Shown: positions 22,162 through 40,300 of the stretch, in pieces | Layout of the letters: each line of letters begins with the position of its first letter | Numbering within the stretch: the first letter of the stretch is position 1 | Source of the DNA: Sphaeroforma arctica JP610 | Taxonomy: Eukaryota | Assembly: GCF_001186125.1 (NCBI RefSeq) | Contig: NW_014040229.1 | Coordinates: 1-44,140 of the forward strand | DNA: 44,140 nt | Direction: 5' to 3' | Position numbers and translations under genes: made by a program | Notes under the pieces: generated by a model | Database searches by the model: none | Seen by the model: the letters and a program-made list of their open reading frames with translations, nothing else | Told to the model about the DNA's origin: nothing

Positions 22162-22389
22162 TACACACAGACACAGACACAGACACAGACACAGACACAG
22201 ACACAGACACAGACAGAGATACAGACACAGACACCGGCACACACACACGCATGCACACACACACACATACACCGACGCATACACATAGACACACAACCAC
22301 GCAGACACAGACACAGACACAGACACAGACACAGACACAGACAAAGACACAGACACAGACACAGACACGGACACAGACACAGACACGGA

Positions 22390-22479
<90 letters not shown>

Positions 22480-25400
22480 TATATATATATATATATATGT
22501 AACCTTGCGCAATAATTGTGTATGTACCATCTGATCTCGTACGGTCTCCCGTGGTGGTCTGGTGCGGTGTAAAGCACATGTTCGCCGTCCGCACTCCATT
22601 CTATGCTCACCACAGAAGGGATAGTCTCAATGACCCTGCATTCTCCATCTGTGTATGATATACGACAAAGGGCAATCAGCTGTGTGCATGTTTCGGCCAA
22701 AAACGCTTGATGGCATGGTGTCTGTATGACTATATAGAACGTGACTATACACAACGCCGTGGTGTTGGATCAGGCTGTGCAAATAAAAATACAGATCCAC
22801 TGACTCATATCTCTGCAATGCATGCGGTATTGCTCGTGTCACACGTTCCTGTGAATCATACCATATCAGTCACATATATATAGTTGAAAGTATGTAGATG
22901 TTTGTGTATATATACGTAAAGTACTCTTCGTTAATATATGCATCAAGCCATCGTAGTGAATATATCCCACGCCTGCAAAATTTTACGAGGGCAGGCGTGG
23001 GCGGATACTTATGTTTTCGTTTGAGATAGAAGCTACGCTTAAAAAGCGTCGTTCTGGGGTCATATGAGAAGCAACGGCGACTATAGAAGTCCATAACATG
23101 TTATACACAAAGTGGCAGTACATACAGGTGGTCTGAACAGGAGGCGGCAATTAGGAATCTACAGAGCTAAGTAAGGGTGGCTTGATATACCAGGTCATGG
23201 TCAAAAAAATAAGTTACGTATTTCTGCCATAGATGTATTCACGTATCAAAGCTTCGCACAGGATATTGAATTGTAGCAACTGTATAGTCACTATTACATT
23301 AAGGCCAGTCGAATACAAAATTACATTAGGCTCTATGAACAAATATAGCATCCCGACTTGACACTATACAGCAGTTGTGCATATTGATGACCTTCTCACT
23401 CACAGATGCGGGTAGAAACTTACAACTCCAGTTCAACTCACCTGCGAGGTTTAAAACGACGGCCGATAGTGATTCATCACCAGTGGAGTCCATCGAGAAG
23501 GCCAGTTTGCTGTGATCGTGCGAGAGCTTCACAGAGTCAATCATCAGAAAGCCACACTGTTGCACCAGTACATTCTGGTCGATTAGCACTTGCTCCTCAC
23601 CTGGATTCGACGTGGATAAGAGTGTAAATGAATATACTACCAACATGCTTGTGCAAGAAAGGACAGCTCGGTTTGTCGTATGTGACAATTGTATGTCGAC
23701 TTACAAAATAGTACATGTATGTACATAACTAAAAAAAGAGGCAGATATACAGCCGATATTCTTTGACGGAAGTTTCGCACAGGCATACTAAGCAAAAAAA
23801 TGAGATTTGAAGTAGAAAACGAATGAGACCTGACGGTGCTATTAGATCGTGTATTAGGGAAGTAATAGGGAAGTCGAATTACGTCACAATGGGCAAGCTA
23901 ACACGATTAAGATGCATTCCAGCTATACGAACCCATGTGTATAATGTTTGGTGTTGACAAGCGATCCGGCTTACGCATCGACGAGGGCACAGGCCCTTCA
24001 TGCAAGTTATTACCGAACATATAGCTTATAGCGGCGCAATACTTTCTATATATACACTCTTAACACGTCGGTGCAATCTTCATCGATTGCGGTATCTTCC
24101 ACCAAGAACACTCCACATCCAACACCCACACAGCACAACAACCCTCGCATCTTGGCAGATGCAAGCACAACTGGTTTCAGTAAAAATAGGGTGCCTTCAA
24201 ACCACCAGACAACTCACAGACCACAGCCGTTCCTACTTGATTGCTACGGCGTCAACGGGGGTGGCTACTCAGCAATAGAATCAATATCTGCACCAGACAA
24301 CACACCCAACATAACAACAAAAAGGTGCGAGCAATATCAATAAACCAAGATTAACACCGAGGCGATCGCCCAATACAGCAGCTAGCGCAACATAACAAAG
24401 CACAGCCCTTGTCACACACAGTACATGAGCAATACTCCGTTAGTGGGTGCGCAATAGCACGATATGCCGCACAACTACCACACATGTCAAGATACTCGCA
24501 AGCATACAAATAACCGTGAAATGCGTATACTTCGTGTAGAAGCTAGAGTCGGCCCATGACCAACCACGGTAAACTGACAACGACAGTACATCTGTGCTGC
24601 ATGACTATTGAATGAGAGAGACTAGCAAGCAGATCCACGAACGCAATCAAGCCATCCTTCCCTACACAATAATCCACACCCACTCACCCAATAACCCGTC
24701 ACGCCCGCAAACGGCATATAAACTAAGCACACCATGCCTGTCATTTCTAAGCTGGAGTCGTCAGAACTAAGTCGCTGCCGTCTGCAGTATATAGGCAATG
24801 CTCCGTCGGTGTCGGGGGTGCGAGTATAGTACATGTAGTCGTCCACCCGTTCGGGTAGGCTTTCACTCTCGTGGGGATGCACGCGGAGCGTTTCTTCAAA
24901 TAGCTGGTGTTGCAGCCATTGGGTGTCTCTCATATACCTGCCACGTGTGTGCGTGTGTACAGGTCTTCAGTATGTGTGTGCGGGAAATTTTGCACACACG
25001 ACACCGCCGTACAGATCGTAATACATACATTTGGGTACATGCACGCAAACCAGCATACACACATATGCCGGATCAAGAGCACGTCTAGAATATGGCACAG
25101 ATGTAGATGGACAGATACAATCGTCGAATTGAGTAAATGGGTGGACTACCGGACTGTGCACATATACACAAGCGAGAAGAACAACTCCGAGTATCAACCT
25201 TGGCAAATAGAACACAAGGAACTGCAGGTCATCACACCGACCAACCAACGTCGCCTCGTGCTCGAGACACAGGAGGCGGTGCCTGGCACCACTATGTAGC
25301 CATGATAGCACGTTCGATTATCGATTTGCTGATGTAAACATACACTTGACTGATTAGTCGTTCGACGCGGGCGGATCAGCATGGTCGAGACACCAAAACA

Positions 25401-26358
25401 GATACCGTCCCGCCTACCCACCTCCTTAAAGTACATACAAACTCTTCATCGGCCGTACATTGAAATATCCAATGCCTTATGCACAGTACTAGCTTAAAAG
25501 CACGACCACGTGGTATAAATGAAGCCTTAGCAACGGTACCAATAACCAAAGCGAAAACCACACTAATTAGGACCTAATTGATAACAACAGACACAATTCT
25601 CGTCGGTAGACATTTGGTTACACACTTCGTTGCCCTTTTCGTTGCACACTTTGTTACACATTTCGATGTACACACCATTCAGAATATGCATTCTCCGCTC
25701 GCAAGTATTCGACAGTGTCCCTGTCCTCCGCATTCTGCAACCAGGCAAAATCATCATGCCGCACTCGGCCTAGCACTGGAGCACGTGTGCACTCACTGCG
25801 TCGGGGCGCTGCCATTGGAATAGTCCCAGGATTTTCTGTTCCACTCTTAGTCTTTCCTAGCAACCTTTTCCACCACTTAGGTTGGTGGAGGCTTCTCGTG
25901 CCCGAATATACACGTGCTTGTATACGCGCATGTTGGTTAGTTCGAGACAACTTCGCCTTTGGACTTTCACATGCTAGCTGCACTTGGTTCCTGGCACCCC
26001 CCCCCGAGGGTAGGTCCGAGAGCAATACTGGTTGTGCGTGTGTGTGGCGGCTATAGTGACTCAACTGTCGTATACAAACCGAACCCAGCGAGGAGGGTTG
26101 TATGCATGGGTGGTAAAGCTGGTGACTGAGCTTTTGTACATATGTACCATCCAGCTTATATACATTCGAAGCAGTGATACCAATTGTATGCTCCCCCAGC
26201 CGCTTACGTGTTGGGGCCTGCAATCGACTTTCGTGTGCGAAAGAGTACGTATGTTTGTATGTGTGATTGCACTTTTGCACATTTTTCTTTAGCTGACCAC
26301 GTGCCAGTGTGATGCATTGAGAGTCCACACCCATAGGTCTAAACAATCGGAATACCAT
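15242..26358 (-). CDS. Prolyl oligopeptidase family S9A serine peptidase (oligopeptidase B / PREPL-like), up to ~956 aa, 15 exons
   Basis: Exons 26358-25676, 24937-24738, 23600-23442, 22648-22528, 21574-21439, 20997-20900, 20446-20335, 19974-19874, 19119-18954, 18694-18586, 18207-18013, 17778-17680, 17063-16954, 16314-16137, 15645-15242 (2871 nt; phases consistent if intron 2 is GC-AG). Motifs: DDFAWL...EYLRAENAY, SADGTAVPM, GYGAYG, HVRGGGEHG, catalytic GSSAGG (Ser), VPFTDV, EYDEWGDP, DNRV (Asp), AGHFG (His). The start codon is uncertain. Confidence 0.92.
20505..20690 (+). repeat. Intronic ~95-bp tandem duplication (2 diverged copies)
   Basis: gaggtattggtgtccatactacaacaggacagtatctgtgg... at 20505 recurs as gaggtattgatgttcgtcctacaacaagacagtatctgtaa... 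at 20600. Confidence 0.85.
21917..22498. repeat. Compound intronic microsatellite (TA)n/(TACA)n/(CA)n/(CACAGA)n
   Basis: Directly visible, inside peptidase intron 4. Confidence 0.95.
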
Positions 26359-27186
26359 GTTGTATTCTAATATTTATCGATGCACAGACCTCTAAGTAGG
26401 TCTAAATATTGAAATCTATGCGTTGAATAATAAACGCTCGTCGGATACATATAATATCATTTACCGTCAGCAAATCGGAACGTTGAGCCGCATCTAGAAA
26501 TGAAAAGCAAAGAGTGATTCTGCTTCTCGGCAGTCCCGTCCTTAATGGGAGTTTTCGGGCGTCGTATATGTTGACGCCAGTGGCAGTAACAGTTGAATTA
26601 TCGGTTGCTAGCTGAGTTGGACAGCATTAGAATACGAGAAGTTGATATGTGACATTAATATATTATTCTCATCAGGTAAATCATTAGTGTATACTCGTGA
26701 AAGCGCTACACTAGCTTAGACAGTTTCTCTCCGTTCAAGAGTGCTTATGCTATTTGCTTCCAGACCCAGAGTTCAATATATATACCACTAGATGTTATTG
26801 CAATTGGATTGCGTGTGTATATACTTTCCACTTAATAGAATGCGTGTATACTGTAGACGTGCTCATGGCCAGGTGCTACAACATCCGGTAGTTCAAGTAG
26901 CTTACATGTGAACGGTCGCGTTAGAAGGCTATGGTTATATAAGAGAGGTCATGCCAAACTCTCGCTTTGTTTATCGCTTGGATCCGATCCCCTGGATGGA
27001 ATAGCCCGCCAAAATAAAAGCACGTGCACTTGATAAGGATCACAATTTAATTAATCATAATCTCTCGAATGCATATATTGTGATTAATTTTTACGTATTG
27101 CCGGTATCCCAAAGCAAGTAATTGACTGTATATAGCACAGTACATCTGGGGCGTAAGTGAGTCAGTGTTAGCACAAGCATATAGAT

Positions 27187-32178
<4,992 letters not shown>

Positions 32179-34384
32179 CTTAAAAATGTGATATAAATAC
32201 AAACAATTCAGCCGACGCGTGCTACAGCTAAATGACTGGACTTGATATTTCCATACCCAACCTACACCCACTAAGCGATTATGCATCGCTGATATTGCCC
32301 TTCCGGCTCTGTAAATGTGTGTATAGACCTGTATGTACGTGGATATTCATTATAGATATTGAATTTAAGTACATGTTATATGTTGAAGCATGCCAAACAT
32401 GTTACGTGCATTAGGGAACATCGAATTAAGTACACAGGAAAACACTTGCTTGTGTGAACAGAGTATCGGAAGCCACCATTTTGGTGCACCCTATATAAGG
32501 CTGGAACAAACAAGCAGTGCGAAGTAAAGCACATGCGAAACGCATGCACATCGGAGACGAATCACTTAACTCTACCCAACGAATTGTTTTTGTTCGTAAA
32601 TTTGACACCCAACACGGTCTAAAAATCAGTCGAGGACGCGGTCTCGCGGATTGCTCACTGATTTGATTGTGTTCACGAGTCCGTGCCAATCCGGTCGAAA
32701 TTGTTATTCGGACCTGTTGTATAAAATCGTTCATAGTCGCAATTCGATGCGCTTGGTGTTGCTTACTAATACGTTCAGAGCTTCTTCACTATAAAGCGCA
32801 CCTTTACATCGCTTGTTGACAATTAATCAAATATAACCCCTTTGGCCTCATCGTGACATAGATTGCGAACAGATTTACAGACGCATACGAACGTTGAACG
32901 CGTCCAAGTCAAAAGGAAAACCAAAGCTCGTTTTGAGAACATTCTAAGCGTGGTATTCATTTAGCGTAGTATATTTCAGCTAGAATATTCCGGAGGGCAT
33001 ATATCAAGTCTACTGAAGGCATACAAGGTGCATCCGAGAAAGCGATAATAATTGCACTATGAATTAACCTGCATGGCATCTCAGCTCATGGATACATTTC
33101 ACTTAGAAGGCTTTTGTTACTATGCCCGTTGGCTTGCCAAGGGACATAGTTATATGTATTTTCATGGATGCCCCACGCTCTCAGGGATATTCTGGGAAAG
33201 TAGGCGTCCCGTTTCCTAGCTTATCTCTATGTCGGTACTGCCAGTAGCTGTCGTTGTCTGTTGTAGGATCTGTACATTTTTAGGTTTTGCTGTCGTGATC
33301 GCTTTTAAAAAATACGTACTTATAATGTCAGAAGGTAGTCTATTCAGAATCATAATCGTTTTTGTCAGGTATATATGCGACATTCGCGAATACAATTTTC
33401 CTTCTACGCTTCCTGCTTCTACGCGTGTAGTTTGATATGCACCATTTTTAACCCGTATTCAAGATTTATTGACAAGTGTGATGGATTCGGAAGCTAAAGG
33501 TGAACTAAATGAACCCCATTTTTCCAATAGCTCGCAATACATCAGCCTGAAACAATACTTTCTCCCTTCGTGAGCGATGCTCCTAAGGTGCAAAGCAAAG
33601 CGGTTTAGTTGCAACATACATGCGACGTTCGCATAAGATCTATTGTACCGCCAACTCAAAGATTAGAGCACGGCAAAAAGAGAAAAAAATTGAAGTTGAC
33701 GATCGCAAGTGCCAGTATATCGGTAACGCTTACTGACAATATGATTGCTTGTACATATCGAGTATTGATTGATCCGTACTTCATCGGCGATTTAATTGAA
33801 ACTAAGATGCATCTTTAAGGCATAGCTGGCGACCACTGTCAAGGTTCCAGATTCTACTTTTCAAAATCAGCCTAATCAAAAGATTGCTGCCAACATATGC
33901 TACATGTAGTAAATCTAGGGCGGTACCAGAACGGAGCAGAGTAGAGCAGCGTGTCTTTTATAGCTGATCATCAATGACTCACATAACCGAGTCATGATAC
34001 TCATCCGAGCAGGCGAAGTATGGTCCTGCTTCTCGCCGGAGCACGAGCAGTTTCAAAATTTGATGGTACTGTGCAATACAACAACATTGCTGTGGAATAC
34101 TCAGCATAATGGTGCAGTGTAGCCCTGGCTTCCAATCAGCCAAATACCTATTACGCTCGTGAGTGCATTTAACTTGTTTTGCCTCTGTTGTATGCTATAC
34201 GCATTCACAGCGTCAAACGAAGAAATCCGATTTGCACACAGATCCCTCCGGTCTGTGCGTTATCAGTCAGTTGTCATCGCTGCTGCATCATGAAGTCCAG
34301 CATAACGCTGATTTGGACATCTAGAGTGCATGGGGGTGCTCTTTCTGCCACCTAGTATCACACCAGCTCCCTCTGCCGTGTTTC

Positions 34385-37300
34385 TCATAACACTTTGTAC
34401 AGCGCAATTGATTTGTTGGGTGTGATGTACAGCAGTTCGAAATTCTTGAGCGATGCACTATTGCCTACGGCCATTTGGCAGAAGCGCTCTGTCGTGGGCA
34501 TGCCGGTGTTCTTCACGCCGCTGTTTGGGAAATGTCACGTGCAGTTCTAAGTGTTAAAACATATCTCATTAAGAATTACGAAAGCACGATGTTCATTTGA
34601 ATGTGCTCATACGTGTTTGCTTGGAAACGGACAGAGTGGAATCCAGAATAAGTCAACAACGTGCCACAGAGCTTGTCACAAAATTTTGGTGCGAGAACTG
34701 CTCAACCCATAGAAATCGATACAAAACGGATGGAACAAAGGTGCGTAAAGGATTTATGTATATATCCTCTGCATACACATAAACTACACCCAAAAATTCC
34801 CCTCCAAACACTGCACAGTACGAGATACCATCTCAATCTGATCTTGTATAGTCCATCGCAGTAGATTCCCTACCTTTGGGACGCGATGTAGTCATAGCCA
34901 TAGCCACCCGCGCACTTAGCCATGCAGCCGCTGGTGATGACGTACTCGGTCTTAAGCTCCTTCATGGCTGAATACACGTCTGCCTCCGATACCTTTGCGT
35001 ATGATTGGTACTGTAGTTTATATCTATCTCGCATGTTGCGCTTCTCTGCGTGCGGATGAATTGTTATTGGCCTGCGAGTGGCGAGCTTTACATGCGAGCT
35101 CAGGTCCATAGAGGCAGTGATAACGGCATCCTACATGGTACGAAGGGGGAGGCGGATGTAGAGATATGGCGAATTCTTTTAGACTTGGAAGTACAACTTT
35201 GCTTGTGCATGATGTGTTATTGCACGTGAGTAGATCATAGATATCTTTGTTTCAATATACGTGCGTACATGTAAACATTTGTACACAATTACATAATTAT
35301 TTGTACACAATTACATAATTATTTGTACACAATTACATAATTATTTGTACACAATTACATAATTATATGTACACAATTACATAATTGTATGTACACAATT
35401 ACAAGTGTGCAAATATACGTACACAATCTAAAGTGCTTACGCAAAAACCTTGTATTTCAGGTGAATAGTTTGCCATACCTTTGGTAGATTGGTCTCGATC
35501 CATTCCATAACTAGCATTTTCGGCTCTGCTATTCCATATTGATCCTTCCGTTGTGCGTTAATTAAAGTACTAAAGCGAGTCCAGCCGGCTGTCACAATCG
35601 CAAAAAACATAGCAGCCTATACGGGGAAGTTATTGCAATTTTGTAGATGGATATGCTATCATGAGAAAAAAAAAGATTGTCGGACAGCCAATCAATTCAA
35701 CGTATGAGTGAAGCTGAGGTTCTGGTATGCCTAGTGTGAAAAGAAACATCTGAAACGAAATAGTCATCACATACATCGGAGCGCACGTATTAAAAGTAGT
35801 TGCACACACTTACTCTGATCATCCAGGTGATGATGGAATACAGCGTTTGAGTTTGAGAAGCTTTTGCGGATGAACCGCCTTTCCTGACTTTGAGCGCGGC
35901 GGGTGGCTGTGCACGTGTGGAGCCCTTTTTCTTCCCTGATTTCCTATTAGGTTGGGGTGCTGGCTCTGAGGCAAACGAATAGATTTCTCAGTACTCAAAC
36001 CGAGTCTGGTACTAGACGTACGAGGGCCTCCATACTTATCCATCATTATGGCCACCCTCTTATACAATCAACCATTTGCACTGTCGCTCTTTCTCGAGCG
36101 AGCGTTTTTTAATTGCCGCATACACGAAGAAAATTTTGCCGGGAACGAATCTTCCATTCACAGCTACTAGCTTGGGAAATCGAGAGAATTCAGCCAGTAA
36201 CACACCTTGCGTATCTCCATCCGTTTTCTTATAGTCTGCGTACGGTGTCTCGGCATCTGAGAGAAATAACCACGCGGCTGGCAGGAGTAGTTCGTATTTA
36301 TCTGTGAACAGCAAACTACCCATAATCGCAAGAGTCGGGGTGAAGAAGGGCAACATGCGCAGCATCAGAAACCCCAGCAGAATTAGACCAGAGCTCTGTG
36401 CAAAGAGAAACGGCATTGATGCATCTCCAGCACGTACATTGTTTCTGTGCAAGTGGTGATACAAAGTATGTGAGCTGAGCTGGTGAAGGCGCAAAAACAG
36501 AAAGCAAAACGTTTGTTTTTCCGAGGTACCTTTCAAATTTTACAATACCGATTATTTAGCAAGCTGAGTAGCAATAATAAATTGCAATGATAGTGTGCAA
36601 GTGTGTGTGTGTGTGCATCAAAACATTCCAAAGGCTGCGGACTATCGAGCACAAGTGACGACGAGTTGATTTCTGTCCAATTTGAGGAGTAGATATTCAT
36701 GAAGAGTAAAGCGGCACCACATGTATAAACCAACTGTTCTCGGAGTGTCATTTGATGGCACTAAGGTATACTGGTTCTACTTCCGGCACGCAAAACACTG
36801 GGATAGACATGACAATTCAAGATTGTATTCACACCGCGTGGAAGGCGTATAGCAACGGACATGTTCAAGTATTAGCTATGTGAGCTTTCTGGCCTTTTGA
36901 TGACATAAAGTTGCAGTAAACAATGTAGTTTTCCGCACCCAACCAAACATAAATACAGAACCAGAGATGTTGGTGAAATTGTCGTGGTGTTTGAGTTTTT
37001 ATCAATAGCATTTTAGAAGTGTGGGAAATCAGGCTTAGTAGCACATACAATCTACTGGATTTCTATGCTATCTGTACTTAGCTTATCAAATGGCACACGA
37101 AAATAAGCAAACGGCACTCTAAAACTTGCCCCAACAGAGAGATATACAGCTCTACGCGAAATACATGTAACAATCAAAGCACACGAGCTTATGACTCAGA
37201 TTGCAGACCTTAAGGACACTCTCAGACTTACCTACTCACGACGCCGTAGTCACCCATCCAGTCAAGCCCCGTTTTGACGAGCAGGCAGATATACACGGCT

Positions 37301-40300
37301 GCAGCAGCTGGGATCAGCAACGAATTCATGAGATTGGTGATGGCCCAACCCGGTAGGGGGTTGTAAGCGTGTCCACATAGATACTGCAGGGTGGTAAAGT
37401 CCTCGTAGCCGACCAAATGTGCCTTGAGAATAAGGAGCACGTGTGCGTCGTCTTCAATGCCCATGACGTTGTTGAAGCCTACCTTGCAGGCGAGTGTCAG
37501 CCCTGCCACGGCTGCAACGCGTAGTGCAACGTATAGGAGACTGGTGTTGAAGCAGCTGCATGTGGGATTGTAGTGGTTGTTCGACGTGTGAATGTTGTTT
37601 TCTCGTAGTTGCCATACTTATGCTGCGAGAAGAGTACAATATATCAGGGCTGGATAACAACATATCTTATCGGTGGGTAGCACCAAAGTACTCGAATCGA
37701 TTGAGATGGGAGTGTCATTGGTGTCTGTGTCGACTTGGTGATCTACTTGCATGAAATATTTAGATTACCTCGTCGGCCAAAAACTGATAATATCCATACG
37801 AAATACTGCAGCGCTATACGCATACTGCAGCGCTGCACAAGCCATGATTCTGGCGCAGGTTTTTAAACAAATGTGTATCTCAACTTAAAGTATTGTTGAG
37901 TGGCGAAGCAGACCAAGCATTGATTCTTACGTGTAGCATCAGGGTTTTTCAAATCCACAAAAGACAGCTACTTGCACGTTCTACTTAGATGCTACATCAA
38001 CGGAATAGACAACGCAAATGACATATAAGCGCTCGTTGGTAAAATGTTAGTTGTTGAAGCCTGATGATTGGAAATACAGGCGCCAGAGAATTGACATAGA
38101 CCGAGTCAGCGCTCAGTTTTCTGATAGTCGTATTCTACTCATTACACTAATGAACTATGAGAGCCGAGCTGACAAATCTCAACTACTCGTATAATGTGCC
38201 ATGGAAATGTAGATGCCTGACACAAAATCACCACCAACAAACTGAGCTATGAGCGCCGATGTGTCGGCGCAAGTTAACCTTTGAACACTTGAGCTGTGAT
38301 TTTCGAGGTGCATGAGACGAGTCAAGTACTCACAGCCACCAGTTGCAAAGTCAAGTGAAGTAATACAAATCAATCTCCAAGACATACGGCTCATTGACGC
38401 GCTCGAACACAATAGGTTTACCTTGTCACTTCGCAAATCATATCCTCTCTAAGTACAGTACGCAATAGTACAACTTATATACCGTGTCAGTAACAGAACA
38501 AACAATGTTTGCATACAAACCACCTCTCCCCAATTACGGACAACTTACCTATTGGAGCGAGATGTGAGTGCTCGTTCGATCTCTATGACAGTCATAGCCG
38601 CAAGGCAGAATATCAACTGCAGCGACGTTAATAACATCTCATTCCCAAACATTAGCGTGGACGCAACCACTACTGCGATCAACTGGCTAGCGTAAATCTG
38701 TTGTTAGCAATGTTGCGAGCGTCAGAAACAATGATTCCAAATAGTCCTCGACATAAGCGAGGCGTTGATTGCGTTCTTATATGAGCTACACTTCACTATT
38801 GAGACACGTTATCAACGCTATCACGTATAAAACTTTACCCTTTAGTAGGTACACACTAAAACTTATGGCATGCAGCGCTGAGGACACAATACAGGAAAAA
38901 CTTGCAAAAGATTGTGCCAATAAAACAGCAATACACACCACATAGTGATGGAGTAGAATATTGATCTCCAAGCCTACAAATGTTTTATGCAACATGCTAT
39001 TATCCGGCAACGTATATAGCAATATGAGCCATACTTTTAATGTATACAGGCCAACGAATGACTATGTAGATTAAGTATACATTCATATTTGTGTCTGATT
39101 TGTACACAATTCATACGCACGTACAATTTGGCAAACGGAAACAAGTTGGCTGCGGCCGGGAGTAGATGTGGCACTTATATTAATGTAGCAAAGACACACC
39201 CTGTATTGTATTGACCTATTCAATCAATCGATAGATTGTATCGCACCAGGCATCCGCTTAGTACCCATGCGTTGTTCGAACACACCCTCCATGTTAGGGC
39301 CACGCGCTTGAGCAGGGAAGAACTCTATTGTTATATCAGCAAGGACGGTGATGTATATATATATATATATATATGTTTATGATTGTGTATAATATACATT
39401 TATATATAGCATATACAGAAAGAAGTTGTGCTTCACATACTTTGTTCACCCTAGTAGCACCCATCCGACCGATAGAATACACCAGATACAAAGCCACGCT
39501 TTGAAGCAGTAGAGGGTACTGACTGAATTGCCAAAATAATAGGAACGCAGTTGATGACAGGGTTAATCCGATCAATCGCAGCATCGAAGCTTCGGCGGCC
39601 ACACATCCGTGCATAAAACTCACCTGTTGAGTTAGGTACAAGGAGTGAGTGTATAAAATACAGCAATGTAAAGCCGTCTCATTCGATGGCGTCGTTCAAC
39701 TGAGAAGCAGTATCAGGATCTGAACAGGCCAAGGTGTACTTCAAAGAGAGCTATTGAATGCAGATGAGAAAAAAAGGTGACATAACAGAAATTGAATGAT
39801 GTGACAGTTCGACAGGCGGTACGCCTTGTAACACGCCTTTCAGTTCTGTAGTAAACCACGAGTGACGCTGATATACATCACAAAAGAATGAATAGAAAAC
39901 CACAGGGCAAACAGTTACCTTACAACCGTCTTGCCTTCAAACATGCACATGGACCTGGCATATGAGTTTGCAGAAGTACTGCACTATCTGGATGTAGCAT
40001 GTAGCATGTAGCTCGAAATCAGGCATATATTCATAGGGCGATAATGGTACCGTAAAATGAAATGGTTCGCTATTCAACCTAGTGTGCGGGTGCAATCACC
40101 ACTTCCATTCCATCACGAATAAATCGTTGGCCTAGAAGAGTTCGCACAGAATTATAGCATCGCATAGAATTATGTCACCGGATCGACCATATGTATAATA
40201 CTGCGTACAAAATGTGCATATAGAAGCCGCACACCACGTGTGCCTTCATATCGTACCTGCATCCACAAGAAGGGCAGTGCAAAACCCTCCCGTAGCATTG

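Noticed and set aside
33195..33445. Stop-free minus-strand stretch in the DDX49-DPY19 intergenic region
   Set aside because: No recognisable domain and no supporting splice chain, so it is compatible with chance.
35278..35404. CRISPR-like repeat array
   Set aside because: Units are head-to-tail with no unique spacers, lie inside a eukaryotic intron, and no cas genes are present.
38055..38082. Second CTGATGA...GAAA hammerhead-like match
   Set aside because: Only 3 nt separate the two core segments, so stem II cannot form.
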